Of a stretch of 45,889 nt of DNA, positions 8,703 to 18,341 are shown one piece after another (position 1 is the first letter of the stretch; each line of letters starts with the position of its first letter). The notes beneath the pieces are model-generated. The model searched no databases, was not told the origin of the DNA, and saw only the letters and a list, made by a program, of their open reading frames with translations. Position numbers and translations under genes: made by a program. The DNA lies in contig WFUE01000040.1 in the NCBI GenBank assembly GCA_015485125.1, forward strand, positions 1-45,889, given 5' to 3'. The DNA comes from Lysobacterales bacterium (lineage in GTDB: Bacteria; Pseudomonadota; Gammaproteobacteria; Xanthomonadales; S139-57).

Positions 8703-9494
8703 ATGGCTGAAGGCTGGTGCATCATGACCGAAATCCAGGGACTGTTGCAGACTCTGGATGGTCGGGCCGCTGCGGCATCCGATGCCCTGCGCCGCTTGCA
8801 GGCCATCGGTTTTCCCATCATCCCCAACAGCCGCTGCACCCTGCGGGAAATCGAAGGCACCCTCAAACAGTTGGGCATTCAGGGCCCGGCCATTTGTGAG
8901 CATGGCGCCGTGCTGCACACCGGCCAGGATGCACGCGCCGTCTGCCTGTCACCCACCCAGGACGTGGCCATGATCCGCAAGACGCTGAAAGCCCTGCGTC
9001 AGCAGCACGGCTGGCGGTTTCACTATCTGGAAGAGTTGGATGACCGGCAGGTGGCCGGCCTGCTGGAATGTGAACCCCGGCAGGTGGCGGGCAAGCGTCA
9101 GCGGCTGGGTAGCGAATGGCTGATCTGGGAAGATGCGCCACAAGAACTGGGTGCCTTCCAGCAGGCGCTGGCGGAAGCTGGCCTGCGCTTGCAGGAGGAA
9201 CACTATGGCTGGGTGGTGCTGCCGGAAATCATTCAGCGCAACACCGCCATGGAAGCCCTGTGCGGTGACCCGCAGCACCGCAAGATTCATATACTGGCCC
9301 TGGGCAATGACGAGGCCGACCTGCCCATGCTGCAGGCGGCGGATATCCCGGTCAGCATTCCGGCGGATAACGACAGCCCCGCGCCCACGCTGTCCCACCC
9401 CAACCTGATCGAGGCACCGGCCGCCGGCATGCTGGGCTGGTCGGTGGTGGTGGAACGCTGGCTGGATCTGGTCAGTCGTTCTCCAGACGAGTAA
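8703..9494 (+). CDS. HAD-IIB (mannosyl-3-phosphoglycerate phosphatase/YedP-like) protein with degenerate catalytic motifs
   Basis: GPAICEHGA, RLGSEWLIW and ALGNDEADLPMLQAAD match the MpgP/YedP layout, but motif I reads TEIQGL instead of TDLDGT. Confidence 0.65.
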   Translation: MAEGWCIMTEIQGLLQTLDGRAAAASDALRRLQAIGFPIIPNSRCTLREIEGTLKQLGIQGPAICEHGAVLHTGQDARAVCLSPTQDVAMIRKTLKALRQQHGWRFHYLEELDDRQVAGLLECEPRQVAGKRQRLGSEWLIWEDAPQELGAFQQALAEAGLRLQEEHYGWVVLPEIIQRNTAMEALCGDPQHRKIHILALGNDEADLPMLQAADIPVSIPADNDSPAPTLSHPNLIEAPAAGMLGWSVVVERWLDLVSRSPDE

Positions 9495-9547
9495 TCAACC
9501 CAGGCAATGACCATTGGCACATGTTGTTGTCCATCTTCATGTCTATA

Positions 9548-9567
9548 GTGTTATACATCAATAACAC
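9548..9567. promoter_or_regulatory. Palindromic operator (GntR/YtrA-like) overlapping a -10-like TATAGT
   Basis: GTGTTAT-ACATCA-ATAACAC is a perfect 7-bp inverted repeat in an AT-rich intergenic patch about 20 bp before the ATG. Confidence 0.55.
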
Positions 9568-9586
9568 ACCAGTACGGAGGTGGCAG

Positions 9587-10354
9587 ATGAAGATGCGATT
9601 TGTGTTGTGTATGACACTGTTGTTCTCGGGCCTGCAGGCGCAGGCTGCGGATGTGGATTGGGACATGCGCGAGGACTGCGGGATGGAAAGCGGCTATTCG
9701 CTGAAGTTACGCCAGCAGGCCATCCTGATCACCACGCAGGATGGTGATCTGCTGAGACTGCACAACGGCCAGTTGTTGTTCAATGGCGAGTCGGTACCGC
9801 TTTCCATGGATGCCCGCCAGGCATTGCAGGCCTATGAGCAGGCCTGGCACGAAATCACCCCCAGAGCACTGGATCTGGGCATTGAAGCACTGGAGGCGGT
9901 CGAGGATGTGGCCGAGCAATTGTCCACTGCCTTCGCCGAACTGGATGCGGAAGCGGCCACACAGATGCGCACCCGCCTGCAAGCCCAGTTGCAACAACTG
10001 CGCAATGCGCTGGAAAAGCAGCGCCAGCAGGATGAAGTGGATGAAAAGGCCTTGGAAAAAGCCATTCGCGACGCGGTGGAAGACCTGTTGCCCAGCGTAA
10101 TGGGGGATGCCATCCGTCTGGGGCTGAAGCTGGCCTTCACACACGATGAAGCCAAAATGCAGGCCTTCGAGCAGCGCATGGAAGCGTTGGAACCGGCCCT
10201 GAAGGCCCGTTTCGAAAACCCGGATGCGCCGTTTCGGCAAAAGGTGGCGCGTCTGTGCGAGCAGTTTCACACCATCGACAGCCTGGAGGCGGATCTGCCC
10301 CTGACCCTGCCCAATGGCCAACGGCTGGATGTGGTGCGGTTCAGGGCGGATTGA
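9587..10354 (+). CDS. YggN/DUF2884-like secreted helical protein
   Basis: GGAGG RBS, signal peptide ending AQA, early Cys, GQLLFNGESVPLS..ARQALQAYE, long helical region and late ARLCE Cys. Confidence 0.7.
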   Translation: MKMRFVLCMTLLFSGLQAQAADVDWDMREDCGMESGYSLKLRQQAILITTQDGDLLRLHNGQLLFNGESVPLSMDARQALQAYEQAWHEITPRALDLGIEALEAVEDVAEQLSTAFAELDAEAATQMRTRLQAQLQQLRNALEKQRQQDEVDEKALEKAIRDAVEDLLPSVMGDAIRLGLKLAFTHDEAKMQAFEQRMEALEPALKARFENPDAPFRQKVARLCEQFHTIDSLEADLPLTLPNGQRLDVVRFRAD

Positions 10355-10400
10355 AGGGGAGCATGATAGGATGAGAGGATAACGGGTACGGTATGGTGGG

Positions 10401-10656
10401 ATGGGCAAGCAGAAGAAAACCATGGAAAGGTTGCTGGCTGGGCAGGCCGATGCCCATATGGGGTTTGATGATTTGAGATCCCTGCTGTTGTCCCTGGGAT
10501 TCGAGGAGCGGATTCGAGGCAGCCATCATTTGTTCAGCAAGCGAGGCATCGTTGAAAAAAATCAACTTGCAACGCGATGGCCGTCATGCCAAACCGTATC
10601 AAGTCAGGTAAGTGCGTGCGATAATCCTCACATACCAGTTGATGAATCAGACATGA
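10401..10656 (+). pseudogene. hicA: HicA toxin pseudogene (+1 frameshift and nonsense codon)
   Basis: FDDLRSLLLSLGFEERIRGSHHLF..GIVEK, then an A7 run (10555-10561). The shifted frame reads INLQRDGRHAKPYQVR*VRAIILTYQL, with TAA at 10609-10611 and the terminal TGA at 10654-10656. Confidence 0.88.
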
Positions 10657-10868
10657 TGTACAAATACGAAATCATTCTCTATTGGAGCGAGCCAGATCAG
10701 CTGTTTGTGGCCGAGGTGCCCGAATTGCCCGGCTGCGTGGCGCATGGTAAAACGCAGGATGAGGCACTGAAGCAGGCCCGTATTGCCATGGGCTTGTGGC
10801 TGGATACGGCCCGTGAACAGGGTGAGCCGATTCCCGAACCCAAGGGTCGGCGGTTAATGTATGCCTGA
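10653..10868 (+). CDS. hicB: HicB family antitoxin (short, no DNA-binding tail)
   Basis: YEIILYWSEPDQLFVAEVPELPGCVAHGKTQDEAL...GEPIPEP; ATGA overlap with the original hicA stop. Confidence 0.9.
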   Translation: MMYKYEIILYWSEPDQLFVAEVPELPGCVAHGKTQDEALKQARIAMGLWLDTAREQGEPIPEPKGRRLMYA

Positions 10869-11382
10869 CAGGAGAAACCGGGGATACGCCTTGCGTGCTA
10901 TGCGTTGGTGGGTGGTGTTGTTCCTCTGGTCCTGCTCGCTCACCGCCGCCGAACTGCCCCACTATGACCCGGAAGCACAACCGGATCAGGAACTGGCCAC
11001 GGCACTGGCCGAGGCCCGCCAGGGCGGGCGCAAGGTGTTGCTGTTGTTCGGTTCGGAGTGGTGTCAGGATTGCCGCAGCCTCAACCGCCGCCTGATGCAG
11101 GCACCGTTGAAGCATACCCTGGCCGATGCGGTGGTCGTGGTGCATGTGGATGTGGGCAACTGGGACCGCAATCAGGATTTTGCCGCCCGCTATGACCACC
11201 CGGAAGCCAGGGGCATTCCGGCACTGGCCTTGCTGGATGCCGATGGGCGAACGTTGATGGTCACCCGCGCCGGTGAGCTGGCCAATGTCAGCAGCATGGG
11301 CAATGACGCGCTCAACGACTGGTTCAAGAGCCGCCTGCGCCAGTTTTCACGGCGAGGGCCAGAGACGGCTGGAAGCCGGTGA
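10861..11382 (+). CDS. Secreted thioredoxin-fold protein (start may be 10900)
   Basis: Signal peptide, FGSEWCQDC, GIP cis-Pro loop. Confidence 0.85.
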   Translation: MPDRRNRGYALRAMRWWVVLFLWSCSLTAAELPHYDPEAQPDQELATALAEARQGGRKVLLLFGSEWCQDCRSLNRRLMQAPLKHTLADAVVVVHVDVGNWDRNQDFAARYDHPEARGIPALALLDADGRTLMVTRAGELANVSSMGNDALNDWFKSRLRQFSRRGPETAGSR

Positions 11383-12582
11383 CAGGGCCTGTTCCACCTC
11401 GGTCTGCCGCGCCGGATACATGCGCTTGAACAACAGGTAGCCCAGTTGCAGCGCATCGGCCTGCAGCGCCTTCTCGCCACAGTCGACCCGCCCCAGCCAG
11501 CAGTCCTGATCCTCGTAGGCCAATGCCAGCGCTGTGTCGCGGTCGATATAGACAATGCGGTAGACGGCGGCATGGTCGCTGAGATCGAAACCGCCGGAGA
11601 GGCTGCCCTTCCAGCCCTCGAAGGCCAGCATCCATTCCTGGCCGCTGTTGCGATCCCGGAAGAACACCGTGTTGGGGCGTGTGGCCAGATCTTCCCAGTA
11701 AGGCGTGGGTGTGGCCTGTTCGATGAAATCGGCCATGGAACGATACTGGCTGTCACTGCCTACCACCATGGGCATGGCGGCGGTGGCCTGTGGATCTTCT
11801 TCCACACCGGTGGTTTCGGCATAGGGCGCCAGGGTCATCTGGTTGCGGACGGTGGGGATGACCCGGTCTTCGCTGTGGTAGAGATAGCCGTTGGCCAGAA
11901 AGCGGGTGAGGCGACCGGAGCTGCCGGCGGCAATGGGCAGAAAGCCGCGATACCACCAGTCCCCTTCCAGAATGGACCAGCGGCATTGGGCAGGCTGGTC
12001 GCCCGTGGCCGGGCTGCAACGGGCCGAATCACGCAGGCCATCCGCCCACTCCATCCATTGAAATTGCCGTAGTTCGCCACCCAGTTCCAGTTGCAGGCGA
12101 TCCGTGCCGGTGAAGCGCATGCGGGCCATGCCCAGGCCGCTGTCCACATAGTCGGGGGGGTGCTGGTTACAGCCGATGCAACGGCCATTGCGGGTTTCCT
12201 GTACCGGCCCGGTGCTTTCCAGCGTGCCGATCAGGCCCTGGGATTGCCACAGCGCCCAATCCGCCGGTTGCCAGTAGCCGGCCCAAGTGTACCAGCGGGG
12301 CAGGCCCGTCGCGTCATAGGTGTAGTAGCTGACGAACACCAGTCCTCCCCCGTCGGGGTCGATGCTGCCTTGCTGGATGTCCAGATTGAGGCCGGTGCCC
12401 GGTTCTTCCGGGTTCCACCACCAGCCGCTGCGGGGTTTGAGCAGGGCGCTGAGGTTGTCCAGCTCGTCGAAAGTGGGTACGGCCAACCCCTGGTAGTTCA
12501 GCTGGTAGGCGGGCGGTTCCGCCGCCCAGGCAGGCAGCATGCAAAGCAAGGCGAGCAGCATGGAAAGCCGCGTCATGCGCAT
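11347..12582 (-). CDS. Secreted uncharacterised protein with N-terminal GxWxN...YTY...W domain
   Basis: Signal peptide ending AWA; [19 protein letters not shown]...[13 protein letters not shown]; GRCIGC; start overlaps the prfA stop. Confidence 0.75.
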   Translation of the reverse strand: MRMTRLSMLLALLCMLPAWAAEPPAYQLNYQGLAVPTFDELDNLSALLKPRSGWWWNPEEPGTGLNLDIQQGSIDPDGGGLVFVSYYTYDATGLPRWYTWAGYWQPADWALWQSQGLIGTLESTGPVQETRNGRCIGCNQHPPDYVDSGLGMARMRFTGTDRLQLELGGELRQFQWMEWADGLRDSARCSPATGDQPAQCRWSILEGDWWYRGFLPIAAGSSGRLTRFLANGYLYHSEDRVIPTVRNQMTLAPYAETTGVEEDPQATAAMPMVVGSDSQYRSMADFIEQATPTPYWEDLATRPNTVFFRDRNSGQEWMLAFEGWKGSLSGGFDLSDHAAVYRIVYIDRDTALALAYEDQDCWLGRVDCGEKALQADALQLGYLLFKRMYPARQTEVEQALSPASSRLWPSP

Positions 12583-13676
12583 TGCCCCTGGGCCAGTTCC
12601 GCCAGCAATTCGGCCTGATGGGCCTGTTGCAGCGGTTCGAGCAGCAGGTCCAGATCACCTTGCAACACTTCATCCAGCCGGTAGAGGGTCAGGTTGATGC
12701 GGTGGTCGGTGACCCGTCCCTGGGGGAAGTTGTAGGTACGAATGCGCTGGGAGCGGTCACCGGAGCCGACTTGCAGTTTGCGGGCCTGGGCCTGTTCCGC
12801 CTGTTGCTCGGCCTGACGCTGTTCGCGGATGCGCGCGGCCAGCAGGGCCATGGCGCGGGCCTTGTTCTTGTGCTGCGAGCGCTCGTCCTGGCATTCCACC
12901 ACGATGCCGGTGGGCAGGTGGGTGATGCGAATGGCGGAGTCGGTGGTGTTGACGTGCTGCCCACCGGCGCCGGAGGCGCGGAAGGTATCGATGCGCAAAT
13001 CCTGGGGCGGCAGGTCGATCTCGCCGATATCTTCCAGTTCCGGCAGGATGGCCACGGTGCAGGCCGAGGTGTGAATACGGCCCTGGGATTCGGTCTCGGG
13101 TACCCGCTGCACCCGGTGGGTGCCGGATTCGAATTTCATCCGCGCGAAGGCTTCCGGGCCGATGACCCGGGCGATGACTTCGCGAAATCCGCCATGTTCA
13201 CCGGGGTTTTCGCTGAGGATTTCCACCCGCCAGCCTTGCCGTTCGGCGTAGCGGCTGTACATGCGGAACAGGTCGCCGGCAAACAGCGCCGCCTCGTCGC
13301 CGCCGGTGCCGGCGCGGATTTCCAGAAAGATGTTGTTGTCGTCGTCCGGGTCGCGGGGCAGGAGCAGGGTCTGTAGGCGCTCGGTCAGTTGCTGGATGCG
13401 GTTCTGCAGGCTTTCCTGTTCTTCCCGGCCCATGGCCTGCATGTCCGGGTCGTCGTCCTGCAGCAGTTGCCCGGCGGCCTGCAGGTCGGCCCGGGCGGTT
13501 TCCAGTTGCCGCCAGGTCTGCACCAGTGGTTCCAGACGGGCGAATTCTCGGCTCAGTTGCTGAAAGCGTTGCGGGTCGGCGGCGGCATCGGGCTCGGCCA
13601 TCAGCGCGGCCAGTTCTTCGTGGCGGTTGCGCAGGTCTTCCAGCCGTTGGTGCAGTTGCGGCAGCAGTTCAGTCAC
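12573..13676 (-). CDS. prfA: Peptide chain release factor 1
   Basis: [14 protein letters not shown] motif (RVPETE), [21 protein letters not shown]. Confidence 0.97.
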   Translation of the reverse strand: MTELLPQLHQRLEDLRNRHEELAALMAEPDAAADPQRFQQLSREFARLEPLVQTWRQLETARADLQAAGQLLQDDDPDMQAMGREEQESLQNRIQQLTERLQTLLLPRDPDDDNNIFLEIRAGTGGDEAALFAGDLFRMYSRYAERQGWRVEILSENPGEHGGFREVIARVIGPEAFARMKFESGTHRVQRVPETESQGRIHTSACTVAILPELEDIGEIDLPPQDLRIDTFRASGAGGQHVNTTDSAIRITHLPTGIVVECQDERSQHKNKARAMALLAARIREQRQAEQQAEQAQARKLQVGSGDRSQRIRTYNFPQGRVTDHRINLTLYRLDEVLQGDLDLLLEPLQQAHQAELLAELAQGQCA

Positions 13677-14925
13677 GGTTGTCCAGGCCCAGCAGCCAGC
13701 GGGCGGTGTCCAGCGTGTCCAGCTGCCCCTGTCCGGCGGCTTCGCGCAATTTGCTGGAAGGGGTATGCAGCAGCTTGTTGGTCAGGGTGTGGGCAAGGTA
13801 TTCCAGGGCCTTTTCCGGGGGCTGTTTCTCCAGCATGGCACGCGCCTTGCGCAGCACCTGTTCGCGGGTCTGTTCGGCCTGCTGGCGGTAGCGGCGGATC
13901 AGTTCCACCGCGTCCAGCGAGCGCAGCCAGCTCATGTAGTGCTGTACCTGCAAATCGATCATGGTTTCGGCTTCCTGCGCGGCCTTGCGGCGGGATTTCA
14001 TCCCTTCCTCGATCACCGATTGCAGATCGTCCACGGTGTAGAGGTAGACGTCCGGCAGCTTGCGGGTGCAGGGCTCGATATCGCGGGGCACGGCGATGTC
14101 CACCATGAACATGGGCTTGTGGCGGCGTTTCTTCACCGCCTGTTCCACCATTGCGCAGGAGATCACCGGCTCGGTGGCGCCGGTGGAGCTGATGATGACA
14201 TCGGCCTCGTGCAGGTGGTCGGGCAGTTGCGGCAGGCCGATGGCATAGCCGTTGAATTCCAGGGCCAGGTTCTGTGCCCGGCTGAGGGTGCGATTGGCAA
14301 TGATCAGCCGCTGCACGCCCTGGCCATGCAGGTGACGCGCGGCCAGTTCGATGGTTTCACCGGCACCCACCAGCAGCACGGTCAGCTCGTTCAGGTCGGA
14401 GAAGATCTGCCGGGCCAGGTGAACGGCGGCATAGGCCACGGAAACGGCGCTGCCGCCGATGGCCGTTTCGGTGCGTACCTGCTTGGCCACGGCAAAAGTG
14501 TGCTGGAACAGGCGTTCCAGTATCGGGTCCAGTGTATGGGCTTCCCGCGCCAGCTGGTAGGCCTGTTTCATCTGGCCGAGAATTTGCGGCTCGCCCAGCA
14601 CCAGCGAATCCAGCCCGGTGGCGACCCGCAACAGATGGCGTACGGCCTGTTCATTGCTGTGCTGGTAGAGGTAGGGGTCCAGCTGGCCGGCTTCCAGCCC
14701 GTGGTAGCGGTGCAGCCAGTCCACCGTGGGGCGGGGATCGTCACCGCTCAGTTCGCAGTAGAGTTCAGTGCGGTTGCAGGTGGAAAGAATGGCCGCGCCT
14801 TGCACGCCTTCCAGTGCGTTGAGCTCGCGCAGGGCATCATTGCAGGCCTCCGGGGTGAGGGAGACCTGTTCGCGGATATCCACCGGTGCGGTGTTGTGGT
14901 TGATGCCCAGAGCCAGTATGTTCAT
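13669..14925 (-). CDS. hemA: Glutamyl-tRNA reductase
   Basis: [35 protein letters not shown]. Confidence 0.97.
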   Translation of the reverse strand: MNILALGINHNTAPVDIREQVSLTPEACNDALRELNALEGVQGAAILSTCNRTELYCELSGDDPRPTVDWLHRYHGLEAGQLDPYLYQHSNEQAVRHLLRVATGLDSLVLGEPQILGQMKQAYQLAREAHTLDPILERLFQHTFAVAKQVRTETAIGGSAVSVAYAAVHLARQIFSDLNELTVLLVGAGETIELAARHLHGQGVQRLIIANRTLSRAQNLALEFNGYAIGLPQLPDHLHEADVIISSTGATEPVISCAMVEQAVKKRRHKPMFMVDIAVPRDIEPCTRKLPDVYLYTVDDLQSVIEEGMKSRRKAAQEAETMIDLQVQHYMSWLRSLDAVELIRRYRQQAEQTREQVLRKARAMLEKQPPEKALEYLAHTLTNKLLHTPSSKLREAAGQGQLDTLDTARWLLGLDNRD

Positions 14926-15024
14926 GGTGTCGTTGCGCGGCGCAATCCAACCATTCTACCACGGGCGAACTATGGCATCATTGCACGAATGGTATAGCCC
15001 GTACTGCCCGAGGATAGTGCCCAG

Positions 15025-15762
15025 ATGAGCGATTCCCCGTTGACCGGCATCCGTGTGGTGCTGGTGGAAACCCATTACGCCGGCAATATCGGTGCCACGG
15101 CCCGTGCCATGAAAACCATGGGACTGCGGGATCTGTGGCTGGTGGCCCCCCGTTGTACGTTGAATGCGGAAGCCCGCATGATGGCGGCCTCGGCCCAGGA
15201 TGTACTGCAAGGTGTCCAGCAGGTGGAGCGGCTGGAACAAGCCCTGGCTGGTGTGGATCTGGCCGTGGCCCTGAGCCATCGTGGCCGCAGCGCCGATTGG
15301 CCGGTGTGGGATGTGGAGGAAACCGCCGATGCGGTGCTGGGGCAGGTGGCCCGGGGAGCCAGTGTGGCACTGGTGTTCGGGCCGGAGCCTTCCGGCCTGC
15401 GCTCGGAGCATCTTTACCAGTGCCAGGCGCAATGCCGTATTCCTTCCCATCCGGATTGCTCCAGTCTCAATCTGGCACAGGCGGTACAGGTCGTGTCCTA
15501 TGCGCTCTATCGCCGGCAGGCGGCGCCGGTGGCAGGTTCCACGCCACCACAACGGGCGGAACGCAAGGCGCTGGAGGCCTTTTTTACCCTGCTGGATACC
15601 TTGCTATGTGAAAGTGATTTCGCCCTGGCGCCGAGGGAAAAGGTGCTGGCCCGGCTCAAGGCTATTTATCTCAAGGCGGGCCTGACGCCCAGGGAGCTGG
15701 GATTGTTGCACGGCTTCATGGCCAGCTTGAAAGAAAAGATGACTCAGAAAGGCCAGAGGTAA
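15025..15762 (+). CDS. trmJ: TrmJ/LasT SPOUT RNA methyltransferase
   Basis: IRVVLVETHYAGNIGATARAMKTMG, FGPEPSGL, SSLNLAQAVQV. Confidence 0.85.
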   Translation: MSDSPLTGIRVVLVETHYAGNIGATARAMKTMGLRDLWLVAPRCTLNAEARMMAASAQDVLQGVQQVERLEQALAGVDLAVALSHRGRSADWPVWDVEETADAVLGQVARGASVALVFGPEPSGLRSEHLYQCQAQCRIPSHPDCSSLNLAQAVQVVSYALYRRQAAPVAGSTPPQRAERKALEAFFTLLDTLLCESDFALAPREKVLARLKAIYLKAGLTPRELGLLHGFMASLKEKMTQKGQR

Positions 15763-16577
15763 TCCAGCCAGCTTTTACCGGTTTTCTCCATGGGGTGCTT
15801 GAGGTTCTGCCGGTTGGCGGCCAGGGTCTGGCGGGTGTCGGCGGCCAGCCTGGGTTTGTTCAGCCCGTCGTAGGCCTGGGCCAGGATTTCCAGCGCCTCG
15901 ATGCTCTGCGGGGTTTCCGGAAAATGCTCGATGGTATAGCGCGCGCGGTTCTGGGCAGCAATCCAGGCACCCCGGCGCAGGTAGTAGCGAGCCACCTGCA
16001 GTTCCTGTTCGGCCAGCAGGTTCTTGAGATAGACCATGCGCTGGCGGGCATCGGCGGCATAGCGGCTATCCGGGAAACGGTTGATCAGATCGCTGAAATC
16101 GTAAAAGGCCTGTTCAGAAAACTGCAAGTCGCGGGAGTATCTGGCTTCTGGCAGGAAGCGGTCGAAAAAATTCTTGCTGCGTTCGAAATTCACCAGTCCC
16201 TTGAGATAATAGGCATAGTCCACCTGCTTGTGGGTGGGGTAGGTGCGGATGAAGCGCTTGGCCGCTGCCAGTGCCTTTTCCGGCTGGTCATTGCGAAAAT
16301 AGGCATAGGCCAGTTGCAGCTGTGCCTGTTCGGCATAAGGGCTGAAGGGGAAGCGGGCCTGCAGGCGGCGCAGATACTGCGTGGCCCGCGGGAAGTTGCC
16401 GACCTTCAGGGCATGTTCGGCATCTTCATACAGCTGGGCTGCGGTCAGGGTTTCCGTTTCATGGGTCTTGCCCTTGGTGCTGCTGCAGCCCGTGCTGCCC
16501 AGCAACAGGGCCAGTGCCGCTAGCAGAACGGCGGTATGCAGGAATGTCTTTTTCACTTCAGTGTGTACCTGGCGCAT
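15744..16577 (-). CDS. bamD: Outer membrane assembly lipoprotein BamD (start 16577, or GTG at 16556)
   Basis: Lipobox STGC, TPRs, FPFSPYAEQAQL, DYAYYLKGL, SRYAADARQRM. Confidence 0.93.
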   Translation of the reverse strand: MRQVHTEVKKTFLHTAVLLAALALLLGSTGCSSTKGKTHETETLTAAQLYEDAEHALKVGNFPRATQYLRRLQARFPFSPYAEQAQLQLAYAYFRNDQPEKALAAAKRFIRTYPTHKQVDYAYYLKGLVNFERSKNFFDRFLPEARYSRDLQFSEQAFYDFSDLINRFPDSRYAADARQRMVYLKNLLAEQELQVARYYLRRGAWIAAQNRARYTIEHFPETPQSIEALEILAQAYDGLNKPRLAADTRQTLAANRQNLKHPMEKTGKSWLDYLWPF

Positions 16578-16755
16578 GCAAATCAGCGCGCAAGGATAGC
16601 GCATCAAAGGTTAATGAACCAGAAAGGTATGGCAGGAGGTTGATTGGTCTCGGTCCCGGCTGTGGAAATGTGATGCAATGGGCGCTCCGCTGCAAGAATA
16701 TGTGGCAGGATCGGGTCAAACCACAAGATCGACGGGTATCGGGAGAGAGACACTC

Positions 16756-17874
16756 ATGCGGAAACTCATGGAACGGGCCAGAACGGGCCTGTGTGGCGCA
16801 TGCCTGTTGCTGGTCGGGCTGCCTGCCCTGGCAGCTTCCGGTTGCGATGATTTGAGTGCCATCGCCGAGACGGCGAATGTAGATTATGAAAGCCAGATTC
16901 AACCCATCTGGAATGCCAACTGTGCCGGTTGCCATACCAATGGGGGCAGCAATGGCGGGTTGAAACTGGATGCCGGCCAGTCACTGGATAATCTGGTGCG
17001 CATCCGTTCCACCAGCAGTAGCCTGCGGCGGGTGGAACCTGGCCAGGCGGCACAATCCTTTCTCTTCCAGAAGCTCAACTGTGACCAACCAGATGCCGGG
17101 GCACGTATGCCCCAGGGTGGGCAGTTGAGCATGACCCTGCAGGCACTGGTTCGGGATTGGATCAACCAGGGTGCACTGGCGCAGGCTGGGGCTTCCAATT
17201 CACCGCCCCAGGCCCAGGATGACCGTGCCAGTACCGCTTTTGGTGAGGCGGTGAGCATTGATGTGCTGGCCAATGACAGCGATGCCGATGGTGACACACT
17301 CTCGCTGGTTTCCGTGGCCGACCCGGCTCAGGGCACGGCCGTGATTCAAAACGGCCAGATCCTGTACACGCCGGATTTCGGCTTCAGCGGCAGTGATGGT
17401 TTCAGCTACAGCGTTTCTGACGGGCAGAACACGGCCACGGCACAGGTGAGCGTATCCGTGGCGGCAGCTCCCTTCGAGCTGAATTTCGGCCTGTCCGGTT
17501 CCTGGTTCAATGCCGCCACCGACGGGCAGGGTTTTGTCTTTGAAGTGGTACCCGACGATCAGGTGCTGGTGCTCTACTGGTACACCTACGCCAGCGACGG
17601 GCAGGGTGGCCAGCAGTGGCTGGTGGGTGCCGGCCCCTACAGTGGCAACCGCGCCATGGTGGATCTGCAACGGCCTGCCGGTGGCCTGTTCGACCAGGCT
17701 GGTGGCGTGGTGCGTGAAGACTGGGGCAGTGTGGAGATCGTATTCACTTCCTGCACCGAAGGCGAGTTTCATTACAGCTCCACCGTGGATGGTGTCAGCG
17801 GCAGCATTCCCATGGTGCGCATTACCGCCGACCCCTTGTGCCAGGCGCTGCTGGATCAGCAGGGGGCACAGTGA
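16756..17874 (+). CDS. Secreted monoheme c-type cytochrome + cadherin/Ig-like repeat + C-terminal WYTY domain
   Basis: Signal peptide; IQPIWNANCAGCH (CxxCH, 16921-16935) with a likely distal Met in RMP; PQAQDD...DVLANDSDADGD...YTP..GFSGSDGFSYSVSDG; SGSWFN...GQGF...WYTY. Confidence 0.8.
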   Translation: MRKLMERARTGLCGACLLLVGLPALAASGCDDLSAIAETANVDYESQIQPIWNANCAGCHTNGGSNGGLKLDAGQSLDNLVRIRSTSSSLRRVEPGQAAQSFLFQKLNCDQPDAGARMPQGGQLSMTLQALVRDWINQGALAQAGASNSPPQAQDDRASTAFGEAVSIDVLANDSDADGDTLSLVSVADPAQGTAVIQNGQILYTPDFGFSGSDGFSYSVSDGQNTATAQVSVSVAAAPFELNFGLSGSWFNAATDGQGFVFEVVPDDQVLVLYWYTYASDGQGGQQWLVGAGPYSGNRAMVDLQRPAGGLFDQAGGVVREDWGSVEIVFTSCTEGEFHYSSTVDGVSGSIPMVRITADPLCQALLDQQGAQ

Positions 17875-18341
17875 GACGCGCTGTCCCGTGGTTGTTCCTG
17901 TTGCTATGGCTGGCTGCGGCCCATGCCGAGGTGCCGCAGGCACAATGGTCGCCTTTGCAGGGGGAGGGCAGCGTCCGCCTGGCGGATTATCGGGGCCAGC
18001 TGGTCTGGCTGGATTTCTGGGCATCCTGGTGCGGCCCGTGCCGGAAATCCCTGCCCGCCTACCAGAAGCTCTGGGAACGCTACCATGCACGCGGGTTCAC
18101 GGTTTTGGCGGTTTCGCTGGATGAAGACCGGGCGGCGGCACAACGGATGGTTGAGCCCATGGCGCTGGCTTATCCCCTGCTCTGGGATATGAATCAGGAC
18201 TCGCCCCAGTCCTTTGGTGTGCGCGCCATGCCCATGGCCTTTCTCATTGATGCGGATGGGGAAGTGGTCTGGTCCCATGCGGGGTTTCGCCCGGGTGATG
18301 AGGTGGAAATCGCCCGCCAGATCGAGGCTCATCTGCCATGA
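17871..18341 (+). CDS. TlpA/ResA-like periplasmic thiol-disulfide oxidoreductase
   Basis: GTG start overlaps the upstream stop (GTGA); signal peptide; DFWASWCGPC; AMP. Confidence 0.9.
   Translation: MRRAVPWLFLLLWLAAAHAEVPQAQWSPLQGEGSVRLADYRGQLVWLDFWASWCGPCRKSLPAYQKLWERYHARGFTVLAVSLDEDRAAAQRMVEPMALAYPLLWDMNQDSPQSFGVRAMPMAFLIDADGEVVWSHAGFRPGDEVEIARQIEAHLP

Noticed and set aside
10401-10868. Genuine evolved HicA-HicB fusion gene
   Set aside because: The junction peptide is out-of-frame hicA sequence, and the true HicA C-terminus is readable in the shifted frame.
12573-13676. Programmed frameshift in the release factor
   Set aside because: This is RF1 (PET motif) with a continuous ORF; the frameshift is a prfB feature.
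16660-16690. CRP/Clp site upstream of the redox cassette
   Set aside because: Only a TGTGA half-site is present, with no TCACA at the 6-bp spacing.
16789-16806. Second heme site at CGAC in the cytochrome N-terminus
   Set aside because: It is followed by Leu, not His, and lies within the signal peptide.
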